From: Amphiscolops sp. MND2022
Taxonomy: Eukaryota
DNA: 64,000 nucleotides
Direction of reading: 5' to 3'
Assembly (NCBI GenBank): GCA_964187785.1
Contig: OZ076415.1
Location: 54,126,001-54,190,000 of the forward strand
How positions within the stretch are numbered: position 1 is the stretch's first letter; each line of letters starts with the position of its first letter. The notes beneath the pieces were generated by a model that saw only the letters and a program-made list of their open reading frames with translations, was not told where the DNA came from and did no database searches. Below are positions 1 through 12,135 of the stretch, piece after piece. The position numbers and the translations under genes are program-made.

Positions 1-3000
1 TGAATCGTTCAACGAGACCATTACTGTGAGGGCAGTACAATGGGCTATACTTCAGGGCAGCACCTTGATGAATGATAAAAGTTTTGAACTCCGCACTGGT
101 AAACGAAGAACGTTCATCACAACGAATTAACTCAGGTACCCCAAAACGAGCAAAATAATCTTTTAAAGATATAACTATTTGTTTCGCGTGCGTGTTATCA
201 AGCGCATAAACTTCAGGCCATCTCGAGTATTCATCAACAACAAGAAGCAAATACTTGAAGTTACTCGGCGCATCGTTGTAAGGACCACTAATATCTATAT
301 TGATCGTTGTAAACTTTTCATCTGCTGTTATGATTTTCCCATGCGGAACATCTCGAACAACTTGTGCTTTATCGGTCTCACAACAAGCTGAACAACTTTT
401 AACCAGCTGTTCCAACATAGCTGAACACTTTGGCCACCAACAAAACTCCGCAACTGATGTTTGGAACGGACAATTCTAAAATGATCTTCATGAGCTAGTT
501 GGAGAGCTTTCGAATAAAGACTTTCAGGCATTACAATAGCTGCACCGCGACCTACACTGTATTTAGACCAACAATAAAGTTCATTCCGAACTGCAAAGTA
601 AGGTAGTAATTTTTCATCCATAACGTTTCGTCTGGGCCAACCATTAATAATGAAACCGCGCACTTTGATCAAAACTTGATCCTGTTTGGAAGCATTGTCA
701 ACTTCATCAACAGTGAAAGCAGACAAGTTATCAAAAAGAGCATTTACAACATACGAATCATCATCAGTAAATGAACAATCAACTGGTAATCGTGAAAGCG
801 CATCAGCCACAGCATTACTTTTTCCAGGTTTGTGTACTACAGTAAAATCATAGCGTAGTAACCTGGCAGACCAACGTGCAAGTCTCAGTGGACGGACACC
901 GTCCCCAATTTCACCATTTATAAGTTGCAGTAAGAATTTATGGTCAGTCTTTAATGTGAAGTGTTTACCCCACAGGAATCTTTCGAATCTCTCGCAAGTA
1001 CAAATACAAGCTACTAGTTCCAATTCAGGAAAACTATATTTTTTTTCAAATTCTTGTAATGAACGAGAGAAAAATGAAACTGTTTTGTATTCCCCATTAT
1101 CTTGCAACTGTGATAATTCACCACCGATTCCAATTTTGGAAGCATCACATGTAACAATCGTTTCTGCTAGAGGATTATACATTGCCAAAGGTTTAGCACG
1201 AAGTAACATTTTTTGAAGGCATTTGAACTGTTCGGTAAGACCCTCTGTCCACTTGAAGGCAACATTTTTATGAAGTAGTTTATAGAAATCGGCAGCTTTT
1301 GAAGAATAATCACTCGGTAAAAATTTTTGATAGTGACTGAATAAACCTAGAGCAGAAGCTAAGGATTGTTTATCGTAAGGAACTTTCATTTCAGCGATTG
1401 AAGTCAAATTGTTCTCAAGAATAGCAAATTCGTTCAGACCCAGTTTAAAGCCTAGCCATTCAATGTTCGTTTTCTCAAACTCACATTTGTCAAAGTTAGC
1501 TACCAATCCATTGGATTGCAATCTATTCAATACAGCAATTAATCTTTCATCATGTTCTTCCTTTGTAGAACCATAAACTATGATGTCGTCAAGAAAACTG
1601 AAACAACCTTTTAAGTCAGCTAGGATTATATCCATCATTTTTTGAAACTTCGGAGGAACGTCCCGTAACCCAAATGGAGCTCTCAGAAATTTGTATTGTC
1701 CACAGGGTAAAATAAACCAAGCATACGTTGAGTTTTCGAATCGACTGGAAGTTGATGGTAAGCGTTAGATAAGTCTATTTTTGAATAAACTTTTGCATTA
1801 GTTATCGAATTTATAGTGGACTCAATGTTAGGTAAGGGGTAGGGATCTTTCTTTATCGCTTTGTTTACTTCTCGCAAGTCACAGCAAAGCCGAATTTTTC
1901 CATTTTTTCTCCAAGAATCAACATGAGGACTAGCCCAATCGATATCAGCATTGGTACAGGGTTCAAGAACACCCAATGAACAAAGTTTTTTAACTTCCTT
2001 CTCGACATGGTCTTTCATTGCAAAAGGAAGAGGACGAGCTTTCGAAATGACGGGAGTAATTGTTGCATCGATTGCTGAAGACAAAACAAAGTTCTTTGCA
2101 TGACCTAGAGTGTCGGAGTCAAACGATTTTTGAAATTTCTGCTTGAGGATACTTCCTGGACTTGTTTCTGGTATGCAAGTATGTACACGATTCAATTGTG
2201 TATCGTTTATCGATATTGCAAAATGCAGTTTATCTAGAATATCGAGGCCAATCAAAGAAATGCCATGAGCTACATAATAGTCTTGTCTGAATGACAAAGA
2301 ACCACTCATGATTTCGAAGTTAGAAATTCCATGAGCCTCAATAGCAGAACCACCATAACCAGTAATTTTTGAATGGTTTTTGATGCACTTTTTGTTTGGG
2401 AATAATTTGTCGAACGTATCTTTAGAAATAATTGATGCCTTGGCACCACTGTCAACAACAAATACAACATTTTTGTTGTCCAACTGTAAGGAATATTTGA
2501 AGAACTCAGAAAGAATCGAATTGAAAGGACTATTTACAGTAAGGGTAACGGGTGTAGAAGAATTTTCTTCCAGAGTGTTTGTGACAACAACATTTGAACT
2601 CGCACTACGGCACACTTTTGCAAAATGACCAGTTTTGTTGCAGTTTTTGCATTTCTTGTCCGCAGCCGGACAATCTTTACTGTTAGCGAAATGTAATTTG
2701 GATCCACAACGAAAACAAGAATGGATAATTTTAAAAGTAGATTTCAATTTTTGTTGATTGATTTTCGAATTGAACCGCTGTACAGTGTGAGTATTACTAT
2801 GAGCAGTGTCAGTGTAATTTGTATTTTTGAGTAAAACAGATGTAGCAATTCCCGCTTCGATTCGTGTAGCAATTTTTAGACATTCTTCCAGAGAAGGGTT
2901 ATCTTGAAGTAAGCGATCTCTTATGCGAATTTCTCTAACTCCTTTGATTAACTGATCTCGCAGAGATGTATCCAGAAACGCACCAAAATCGCATTTTTGA

Positions 3001-3370
3001 GCAAGTCGTCGTAAAGCAACAACAAATTCATCAATGCTTTCACCTGATTTTTGAATACGACACCCAAATGAATAACGCTCGGAAACTACGTTGACTTTAT
3101 CAGCAAAATGATTTTCAAGGCATTGTAAAACTTCTTCATAAGTATCATTAGCTATTTGCGTATCATCTCGTAAAGAATAATAAACGGTCTGACCTTCAAG
3201 TCCAATTAAATGGAGCAAAATAGCTTTTTTCTGTTACTAGCCAACTCTGCGTAGTTTGTAGCCGTCATGTAATTATTGAAGAGGCGAATCCAGTCCTTCC
3301 ATGGAACTCTTGGTTTCCCGGGATCAGGTAAAAAAGGTTGGGGCGCAGGTAGGTTGAAAGTTTCAGACAT
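1..3370 (-). pseudogene. Gag-Pol polyprotein, frameshifted at about 3225, 1710 and 400
   Basis: Starts MSETFNLPAPQPFLPDPG at 3370. Zinc knuckles CFRCGSKLH and CKNCNKTGHFAKVC; protease VVDSGAK; RT KIDLSNAYHQ...FGL...FLDD; RNase H TCDASKIGIG, LKTDHK, NAVADALSRL; integrase core IDISGPY...VVDEYSRWPE...SNGLVERF at 1-290. Confidence 0.9.
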
Positions 3371-3393
3371 TGGTTGCACTAGTTTTAGTTTAT

Positions 3394-3515
3394 CTCTGTC
3401 GCCATTTCATATTCTTGACTGCGGGAAAACCTTCGTTACTTATTCAGTCAATTACGAATCAAAATTATGTGATAATCAATCATGTATGAATCATTCATTC
3501 AGAATATATACCACA
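3394..3515 (-). repeat. Putative ~110-bp 5' LTR (3405-3515) plus primer-binding site TGGCGACAGAG (3394-3404)
   Basis: Minus strand begins TGTGG at 3515, exactly where homology with the duplicate block at 9251 starts. A TGG-initiated PBS precedes gag. The partner LTR is outside the window. Confidence 0.6.
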
Positions 3516-4387
3516 TTTCCATTGAATTGATTTATACGAAGATGATGCAGTTAAGTAGCGCTTTGAATACTGCCATTATACTGCATGGAATCATCAATCT
3601 TGTCTAGGTGCGATCTATTCAGATAATTATTTACACACTCAACCGCTCAGTTGTGGTCACAATAATTAAATTTTCGAAAACTTTGTTTTCACAGTAAATC
3701 TGTTTGCCCAAAACTTAGAAACATACTTGACGCTTTCCGTGCATTTCAGATTTTTTGCAGTGTTTCTTGCAACGTTGAGACATTGATTTGCAATATCTTT
3801 CCAGGGATCTGACGAGAAATGCATGGAACAGCATGAATCTTACAAGGAATGTCTCAGTCTGGAAGAAATGTCTGATCTGCATGAATCTGACAGGTTTGCT
3901 CTGGAATGTCATACACTAGCAAGATTGTTGCAGATAATGACTGATATGTTCGACTTCTGCATGCAACATTCTGTTGCAACATTGTTGCAACATTCTTGCA
4001 AAAATTGTATTGCAGTTTGACAAGGGTTGGGTCAGCACTAGCTTCCATCCACTTATTATCAACTTAGGTCCAATTACCGTTCTTGAACTTGTAGATCACC
4101 CCTTGGACTTGTGGATCAATCACCCCTGGCTCAGTGATAGTTGTTGCCTGAACCGAGTCTTTTTGAACCAACAGCTTTAATTCAAGCCAGGCATTTCTTG
4201 ATCACTTAGGTGCAAATCTTGATCACATATATCTCGAGTGTTTTCACCTTCCTTTTTCTCCATAATTTAGTTGATTAAGAACGTGTGGATGAGCCATCAA
4301 ACAACAATATATTTCAAAGTAACAATAGGTAATACTGTGTGAAAAGTTTTAATGATTTTTGACCGATGCGGTTGGCGAATGGTCTAG

Positions 4388-4612
4388 TTGGCAGAAAGCA
4401 TCTCTTGGATAAATCGAAGTGTGATTGAGGACCACTTGCTCGGGAGTAGAGAGGCCGCTGTTCGTTTGGCGGTGCCCCCTTCAAAGCTGTTGTTAATTAG
4501 CAGAAGGGTTCTCGAGACATTCAAGGTGGACTTGGACCAGTTTATGATCGGCTGCACCGAAAGCGGAAACTACGTGAGTTGTCATGACGTCTTCAACTGG
4601 AGCTTGCAATGC
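4388..4612 (+). CDS. DEG/ENaC channel extracellular exon ('exon 2'); 3' boundary uncertain
   Basis: Acceptor ctag|TTG in phase 0. Encodes LAESISWINR...FKVDLDQFMIGCTESGNYVSCHDVFNWS, resembling the DEG/ENaC 'DM(L/I)xSC.F....C...F' segment that lies between TM1 and the GxCYTFN motif. Confidence 0.6.
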
Positions 4613-4691
4613 AGGGCTGTGCTGTTCATGCTACTTTTTGTTGCCAAGATTGCTTCTTTTCTCAGAAAACGTTCACGTGCGTCCATGCATT

Positions 4692-5464
4692 CCCAGCGAT
4701 CGAAGACACGCTACGCTTGCCAAGATCATGATTAATCTTGCTACATCATGGTTAACCATGGTACCCTTGTCAAGATCATAGCTAATCATGATACATGGAA
4801 CGCTTGTCAAGATCATGGCAAGATAACCATGGTAAGACATGTGAGCTGTATAATTGTATAATTTATTCTTTTCATAAAAATTTCTTGCCGTCTCCAATTT
4901 CTGAATAAGCCGTTGTAATAACTTCGGACATAACCTTTATTTATCGAAAAAAGTTTTTTAAACTGAAAACGATACAACACTTCTCAATAATTTGCTCCAC
5001 CTATTGACTGAGTTTTGTTACTTGAGAGCACGGCATCTTTTCTACTATCGTAACCTATCTTACAACGCAAACTCCGAATCAAGTTATTGCAACTTGCGGG
5101 TTTGCGATATCGGTGTGAAAACCTTCTTTTCTAGCTATGATTTTTAAATCTTGCTAATACCTCACCTATTGAGGTAACGTGTTGAAATTAGTGAAGTTCG
5201 AGAATGCAATAGAAACCGGTGCAATAAAAATAAACATGATAAGAAAATAAGAGTTGCCAAAAAAACGGATTTGTTACCTTGGAATCCTTGTCAAGAATAT
5301 GGTTAATCTTGGCATCCTTGCCAACATCATGGTAAAACACGGTACGCTTGGCACGATCTTGCATAATCATGGTATTCTCGGGAAGGTCATTGTAAGATCT
5401 TGGCAAGGCTAGCTAGCGATTTACCATGGTTAATGGCAAGCGTACCATGTCTTCGATCGCTGGG
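4692..5464. mobile_element. MITE-like element with CCCAG termini and arms built from CATG/GATC palindromic motifs
   Basis: Left cccagcgatcgaagacacgctacgcttgcc is the near-perfect inverse of right ggcaagcgtaccatgtcttcgatcgctggg. Confidence 0.8.
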
Positions 5465-5759
5465 AGAATCAGAAATGAAAACAACTCGAGAGTATGTCAG
5501 CCATCTAATCAGAGTTGTTTTCATGAGAAATCATCACAATTCTTCACTCTTTTTTGATGTTTATACCGTGTTTGTTATTTTCCACCCAAATATAATTGGA
5601 GAGGTAAATCATAATCTGTGTTGCGTTTTTTTTTCCAAATTCTGCCAAATCTCTTCCCACTTTCGCCATCGACCTCACTTAGAGTTATTGACTATTTTAG
5701 TTACTTGACTGTTCTAGTTGCTTAGTAAAATCTAGTTACTTAGTAAAATCTAGTAACCA

Positions 5760-5820
5760 TGGCGCAGTTGGTAGTGCGTCTGCCTGGGAGACACGAGGTC
5801 GTGGGTTCGAACCCGCGCTG
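5760..5820 (+). repeat. tRNA-derived (SINE-head-like) sequence with Pol III A and B boxes
   Basis: A box TGGCGCAGTTGG and B box GGTTCGAACCC; no proper acceptor stem or anticodon stem, so not called a tRNA gene. Confidence 0.7.
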
Positions 5821-5928
5821 ATGCGTTACGTTTTTAGCTTAGTGGGGGTTTTGTTCTTATTATGACCCATGTCTGTCTTGTGCATCGTGCTACATTACAA
5901 CTAGTGAACGACAACGTTTTGAATTCGG

Positions 5929-6262
5929 CACTACAATACATATGCCGCCAAAGTGAACTTTATCATCCAGTGTAAAGTGTATTTTCCGTGAAACGAGAGC
6001 GAACCGTATTCTCGTCAAATAGTGCACAGTGTTCATCGCGGATTGTGATGCACGGTGTAATAAAAAATTTCGAATGTTTAACATATACCGTGATTGTGTA
6101 AAGCAGTCAATTATTGTATTCTCATCACTACGCGTAACGCCAAATCACACAGTGTAACGAGCAAAACACGTAACGCGTATCTGAAATAATAACGAGTTTG
6201 GATTGGCTGTTAATCGAACTAGCAAGAACTTGCTAGTTCGTTGCAGTATATGTATCGTAATG
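5929..6262. mobile_element. MITE, ~20-bp TIR (CATTACRATACATATGCCGC family), GG flanks
   Basis: Homologous to copies at 10761-11093 and 48857-49309; TIRs slightly decayed in this copy. Confidence 0.75.
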
Positions 6263-6559
6263 GGGTTTCTTGCACACATTACTGTGCACAGGCAAGCTAT
6301 TTTGCTGTTTTCGTGGAATCCGGGACTTAGGATACTTGAGGCATGTCATCAAGTATTTTGAGGTTTTGACATTACTAGCATTGTCGACTAATGAGTGTTG
6401 TTGTTCCATTGAGCAGGCAACTTGTCTCTTTTGACATTTTGTTCTGAGATTATAAATGCACTGTCTTTTTCCGTCATCATTTCAACCAGTTCTCACATTT
6501 TTACCCAAGTTGAACCGTTAACTTTTCCTTCCATTTTCATTTTTTATCTGAGAGGGACC

Positions 6560-6795
6560 ATGGAGAAGAAAAACATATTTTGGAAATCTTTGTACACAGT
6601 TGTTTGGGCTATTTGCACGGCCATCACGATTAAGTATTCATACGAGTTGATAAGAGATTACCAGGAGATGAATCCGATTTCACTGACAACTTACATGGAC
6701 ACACAAAATGTCGACAGACCCGGCTACGAAATAGTGAACAACGCATACCTGGATCCTCAAAAATTCTGAACTTTAACAGATCAACTGACGCTTCG
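6560..6795 (+). pseudogene. DEG/ENaC TM1 exon ('exon 1-prime') with a 1-bp frameshift at about 6760
   Basis: KNIFWKSLYTVVWAICTAITIKYSYELIRDY...RPGYEIVNN resembles TM1 plus the FPAVTICN-equivalent. Adding one A to cctcaaaaattc continues KILNFNRSTDAS to the donor tcg|GTCAGT (phase 0). Confidence 0.65.
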
Positions 6796-7678
6796 GTCAG
6801 TTATTCTTATATTTTATTATTCGATGGAAACCTAAGTAAACATATAACTGGTTGGAAACTAAAGACAATGTGAGCACTTTTGAAAATGATCTCGAAAACG
6901 TTTTTTTATGACGCAAGACTTATGAAAAACGAATGATAACTTCGTTTCTTTTTCAGAATGATAATCAAACTCGACAAAAACCCTTCGTGAATCAAACGTT
7001 GAAACGGATAACAATTCACAGCAGCACATCTGTGAGAATTTGTACTGTAATAGCAAAAATTAGACACACGGGACTGCTAAATATTTGCTGGATAAAATTG
7101 GGCAATGACTTGTTTTGAATTAATTTACAACATGTGCCACAGTCTGCAGACCTGAATCACTGAGGATACGCTGCTTAATCTTCTCACTTGATACATCGAG
7201 TATTCATTACTTGTGTAAATTTGTAGTGTAGGGGAGATAGTGTTGTGGCTAGAGTATTCGTCTTGTATTCCCCAGTCTAACGTCCATACATTTTCTGCAA
7301 AAATCTGTCAAATTTCACTTCTAAGATCTTGAAAGACAATGCATTATTCTTGCAGGTAACATTGCAAGAAATGTAGCTGGAAACTAATGACCGAATCTTG
7401 GGAGCAAACGAGTGTGAAGTATTTCATTTAAAAAATATTGCAGCGTCAGGAAAACAAATATACACATAAATACAGTTTTACAGTAAAATTAATTTCTGCC
7501 CACATTTACTGGGAAAGGAAAATCATAATCTGTGTTGCGTTTCGTTCCAAGTTGTGCCAAATTACCACTATCTCCATCCACTTCACTTCGTTGACTATTT
7601 CAGTTACTTGACTCTTTTAATTAATATTGGCCCAGTTGGTAGTTGACTATTTTCGTAACTTGACTATTTTAGTTACTA

Positions 7679-7740
7679 TGGCTCAGTTGATAGTGCATCC
7701 GCCCCTTCGACAGTAGTAAGTGGGTTCGAATCTCGCCTTC
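7679..7740 (+). repeat. Diverged tRNA-like/SINE-head copy
   Basis: TGGCTCAGTTGA...GGTTCGAATC; preceded by the same ttgactattttagttac-rich leader as the 5760 copy. Confidence 0.6.
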
Positions 7741-7875
7741 GCCAGACGTTTCTGAGAAGGTGGAAAATATCCCGGTGCTTAGCGGGCGTCCTGTATATAA
7801 TATAGTTTATCATATCTATCATATTGTATCTAATACACTTGTAGCAAGGATAATGTTAAAAACTCTCCAGTAAGT

Positions 7876-8725
7876 ACAGTGCTGTGATAAAGAAACTGAT
7901 CATAAGGATGTGATAATAAATTGGGACTCTCCATTTTCACGTCTAAAGCTTCCTAAATAAACAAAATGTCGAGGGTTTATTTGACACGGCCTCTCGTTGT
8001 TTGATTAATTAGATGCTGATAATCATTTAGGTTACAAAATGCCTCAAACCACAGTAGTGAACCACTGGACAAAAAATTCCTAGAACAACCATAAATTATA
8101 CAACGATTCCAAAAGGACCCAACAACCCTGGAAAATTGACCAAAAAAAAACCGGAAGACCACAAATATTCGACAAACTTGAGCAGAAATAATTTATCAGA
8201 ATGTGTTTGGCTCTGCCAAAATTGAGTTCTAGTCCTTTTTTGGCGTCCCTAGAGTTATCAAAAAAGTTTCTACAAGTTACGTCCGGACGCTGATATCGTC
8301 GGATGAACTTTTATAGCAAGGCAATGCTCAAGCTCATAAATCTTCGGAAACTTCTACATGGTTTTTCGAAAACGGTGTTGGCGTTCTTGAAAACTGGCTC
8401 CCAAACTCTCACCAAGATCTCAATATTATCAAAAATTTGTGGTCTATTCGAAAAGGCAGAGTTGCGAAGAAACACCCCTAAATTTTGGAGGAGTCTTGCC
8501 TCTGAAGAAATTTACGCAATTCCTGACGAATATGTACAAACACTTTTCACATCGATAAAAAACTTGTTGATACTTACAAAATATAACCCTTGAGGTTTCA
8601 CCCGAAATTGAAAGCTTCAATGTTTTACCTAGTTTGATAATATCATTTCAATATTATCATGAGGTTATTCAATTTATTATTTTTAATTCAGTCCCATTTC
8701 TTTTCCACAGCCATATGTTCTATTT
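7876..8725 (+). mobile_element. Tc1/mariner transposon remnant, internally deleted
   Basis: KKTGRPQIF (HTH region) at ~8150 and QGNAQAHKSSETSTWF...VLENWLPNSHQDLNIIKNLW at ~8320-8440, matching Tc1 QDNAPxH...WPPxSPDLNPIENLW. Degenerate TIRs; ends approximate. Confidence 0.8.
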
Positions 8726-10591
8726 CTCAATCACATTACAGTAGTTCTTTTGTTTTTCCCGGTTGCACTGGCCTTCATGTAATCTCAGTGTACTGGAGTA
8801 CTTCCTTTATCATGTGCCTCGCAAACTAGGACGCAGCTAACCATCGTGGCAAAAATGCAGCTCCATTAGTCCTAGTTCTAAAATATTAAATTCATTCCAT
8901 TATGATGAGCTCAAAAATTCCATAGTCTAGAGTCCAAATGAACATCCTTAAAATATTTGCAATACCACGCAGACTTGTTGTGGACGCCAAGAAGGGAATG
9001 ATCGAACATTAATTTATGAAGTTGGATGGCAGAACGTTAGAAAAACCCCCACTACGGAAATAAATCCAAACAGCCTCTAAAACAGTCTGAAATAGATTGT
9101 TTTGCTTGTGTCGGATCAATGAAATTCAATTTGCGCGAGAGCGTCGAACTTGCGATGTTTCAAGTTCCTCGTTTGCAATCATTAGGGCGATTTTGTGGTT
9201 TTGAAACACGAAGCCTATTATAACCAATGTAAATTGAGGAAAACTAATGTATTTCCATTGAATTGATTTATAAGAAGATGATGCAGTTAAGTAGCGCTTT
9301 GAATACTGCCATTATACTACATGGAATCATCAATCTTGTCTAGGTGCAAATTATTCAAATAATTATTTACACACTCAAGCGCTCAGTTGTGGTCACAATA
9401 TTTAAATTTTTGAAAATTTTGTTTTCACAGTAAATCTGTTTGCTCAAAACTTAGAAACGATCTTGACGCTTTCCGTGCATTCCAGATTTTTTGCAGTATT
9501 TCTAGCCGATTTGCAATATCTTTCCAGGGATCTGACGAGAAATGCATGGAACAGCATTAATCTTACAAGGAATGTCTCAGTCTGGAAGAAATGTCTGATC
9601 TGCATGAATCTGACATGTTTGCTCTGGAATGTCTTGCTCATACACTAGCAAGATTGTTGCAGATAATGACTGATATGTTCGACTTCTGCATGCAACATTC
9701 TGTTGCAACATTGTTGCAACATTCTTGCAAACATTTTATTGCAGTTTGACAAGGGTTGGGTCAGCACTAGCTTCCATCCCCTTATTATCAACTTAGGTCC
9801 AATTACCGTTCTTGAACTTGTAGATCACCCCTTGGACTTGTGGATCAATCACCCCTGGCTCAGTGATAGTTGTTGCCTGAACCGAGTCACTTTGAAACAA
9901 CAGCTTTAATTCAAGCCAGGCATTTCTTGATCACTTAGGTGCAAATCTTGATCACATATATCTCGAGTGTTTTCACCTTCCTTTTTCTCCATAATTTAGT
10001 TAAGTTTAGTTTTCTCCACAAATTAGTGAAGTTCGAGAATGCAATAGAAACCGATGCAATAAAAATAAACATAATAAGAAAATAAGAGTTGCCAAAAAAC
10101 GGATTTGTTACCTTGGAATCCTTGTCAAGAATATGGTTAATCTTGGCATCCTTGCCAACATCATGGTAAAACACGGTACGCTTGGCACGATCTTGCATAA
10201 TCATGGTATTCTCGGGAAGGTCATTGTAAGATCTTGGCAAGGCTAGCTAGCGATTTACCATGGTTAATGGCAAGCGTACCATGTCTTCGATCGCTGGGAG
10301 AATGAGAAATGAAAACAAATCGAGAGTATGTCAGCCATCTAATCAGAGTTGTTTTCATGAGAAATCATCACAATTCTTCACTCTTTTTTGATGTTTATAC
10401 CGTGTTTGTTATTTTCCACCCAAATATAATTGGAGAGGTAAATCATAATCTGTGTTGCGTTTTTTTCCAAATTCTGCCAAATCTCTTCCCACTTTCGCCA
10501 TCGACCTCACTTAGAGTTATTGACTATTTTAGTTACTTGACTGTTCTAGTTGCTTAGTAAAATCTAGTTACTTAGTAAAATCTAGTAACCA

Positions 10592-10652
10592 TGGCGCAGT
10601 TGGTAGTGCGTCTGCCTGGGAGACACGAGGTCGTGGGTTCGAACCCGCGCTG
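10592..10652 (+). repeat. tRNA-like/SINE-head copy within the duplication
   Basis: Same sequence as 5760-5820. Confidence 0.7.
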
Positions 10653-10760
10653 ATGCGTTACGTTTTTAGCTTAGTGGGGGTTTTGTTCTTATTATGACCC
10701 ATGTCTGTCTTGTGCATCGTGCTACATTACAACTAGTAAACGACAACGTTTTGAATTCGG

Positions 10761-11093
10761 CATTACAATACATATGCCGCCAAAGTGAACTTTATCATCC
10801 AGTGTAAAGTGTATTTTCCGTGAAACGAGAGCGAACCGTATTCTCGTCAAATAGTGCACAGTGTTCATCGCGGATTGTGATGCACGGTGTAATAAAAAAT
10901 TGGAATGTTTAAAATACACCGTGATTGTGTAAAGCAGTCAATTATTGTATTCTCATCACTACGCGTAACGCCAAATCACACAGTGTAACGAGCAAAACAC
11001 GTAACGCGTATCTGAAATAATAACGAGTTTGTATTGGCTGTTAATCGAACTAGCAAGAACTTGCTAGTTCGTTGCGGCATATGTATCGTAATG
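10761..11093. mobile_element. MITE, 20-bp TIR cattacaatacatatgccgc / gcggcatatgtatcgtaatg, 2-bp TSD GG
   Basis: TIR with one mismatch; gg flanks on both sides; subterminal hairpin cgaactagcaagaacttgctagttcg. Confidence 0.85.
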
Positions 11094-11112
11094 GGGTTTC
11101 TTGCATACATTA

Positions 11113-12135
11113 CAGTGCACAGGCAAGCTATTTTGCTGTTTTCGTGGAATCCGGGACACGAAAACTGAGAAAAGTCGTGGAATCCAGGACAAAATTTCTC
11201 TTTGATGTTAAGCGTGTCTTGGATTCCACGACAGTGCTTGTCCTGGATTCCACGCCAATACTACTGCCATAATGACACGTTTGCCGCTGCTCTCTGATTG
11301 GTCCGCTGATTTTGACTAATCATTTTAAATTAATTCAATTTTATATCAAAGGAAACTGTTTCGATCGACACGAAAAATCCAAGAAGTACGAATAGAGATA
11401 CTCGTGACTGGTACCAAAAATGAAGCATGTCATTTAAAAATGGCAGATTGTGATGATCTGGCAGTTTGTTCAAAACTGGTACTTAACTGAAAAATACGAA
11501 TATTTGTGTAGTATAATCTTCATTTTGCATGATCATTATTAGAAAGGCAGAAGAACTTGAATTAAATCAATCTTATATCAAAGGAAATTGTTTTGATTGA
11601 CACGAAAAGTCCCAAAGTACGAATAGAGATACTCATGACTGGTACCAAAACTAAAGCATGTCATCAAATAATGGCAGATTGTGATGATCTTGCAGTTTGT
11701 TCAAAACTGGTACTGAACCGAAAAATCTAAAAATTTTGCGTGATATTGGTGTGATTGTCTGAATCATTTTGAACTAATATACGAAAAGTAGTGCATAATA
11801 TTATGTTTGTTCTGTCTTCCAATTGAACTTAATTCAAGAAGAGATGCCGCGTATCGCGTCAAGCATAAAGTCGTGGAATCCAGGAAATTTATGATTTCTG
11901 CAATCTGATTGGTTCATTTTGCAAAACTTACGTTTTTGTGGAATCTGGGACACCGCTGCATGCCGACAGTTCGTACAGCTAAGCATTTGTTACTGGAATC
12001 CACGACTAAATCCGTGGAATCCGGGACAAATGACGTAATTTGCCAATTTTGCACGGTTAAAGGTATGGTCGTGGAATCCGAGATATTGAAAGCACTATGT
12101 TGCGCTTTGAGCAAATAAGGCTTGCCTGTGCACTC
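11113..12135. mobile_element. Non-autonomous Tc1/mariner-type element (TA TSD, TIR cagtgcacaggcaagc)
   Basis: ta|cagtgcacaggcaagc ... gcttgcctgtgcactc|ta. Multiple GTGGAATCC subterminal motifs in both orientations; internal duplication with ~235-bp period (about 11335 and 11570). Confidence 0.85.

Larger units (their letters stand above)
1..3515 (-). mobile_element. Ty3/Gypsy LTR retrotransposon (Mag-like architecture), 3' part runs off the left edge of the window
   Basis: Domain order gag-PR-RT-RNH-IN on the minus strand; putative 5' LTR and PBS at the right end. Confidence 0.93.
3516..6326 (+). repeat. Segmental duplicate copy 1 (3516-4271 matches ~9251-10001; 5186-6326 matches ~10022-11156)
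   Basis: Long near-identical stretches seen directly; the same ORFs recur in the ORF track (e.g. MQHCCNILA..., MPRSYNDLP...). Confidence 0.95.
9251..11156 (+). repeat. Segmental duplicate copy 2, lacking the ~915-bp segment that carries ENaC exon 2 and the left MITE arm
   Basis: Alignment jumps from the 4271-equivalent to the 5186-equivalent across 10001-10021. Only the right CCCAG-MITE arm remains (ends 10298). Confidence 0.93.

Noticed and set aside
1638-1720. Programmed ribosomal frameshift in Gypsy pol
   Set aside because: The shift falls inside RT rather than at the gag/pol border, and other random frameshifts occur in the same element.
5760-5820. Functional tRNA gene
   Set aside because: A and B boxes are present, but the acceptor and anticodon stems do not pair properly.
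7150-7300. Nested minus-strand exon (ENVWTLDWGIQDEY...)
   Set aside because: Plausible splice sites, but only ~50 codons, no homology recognised and no partner exons.
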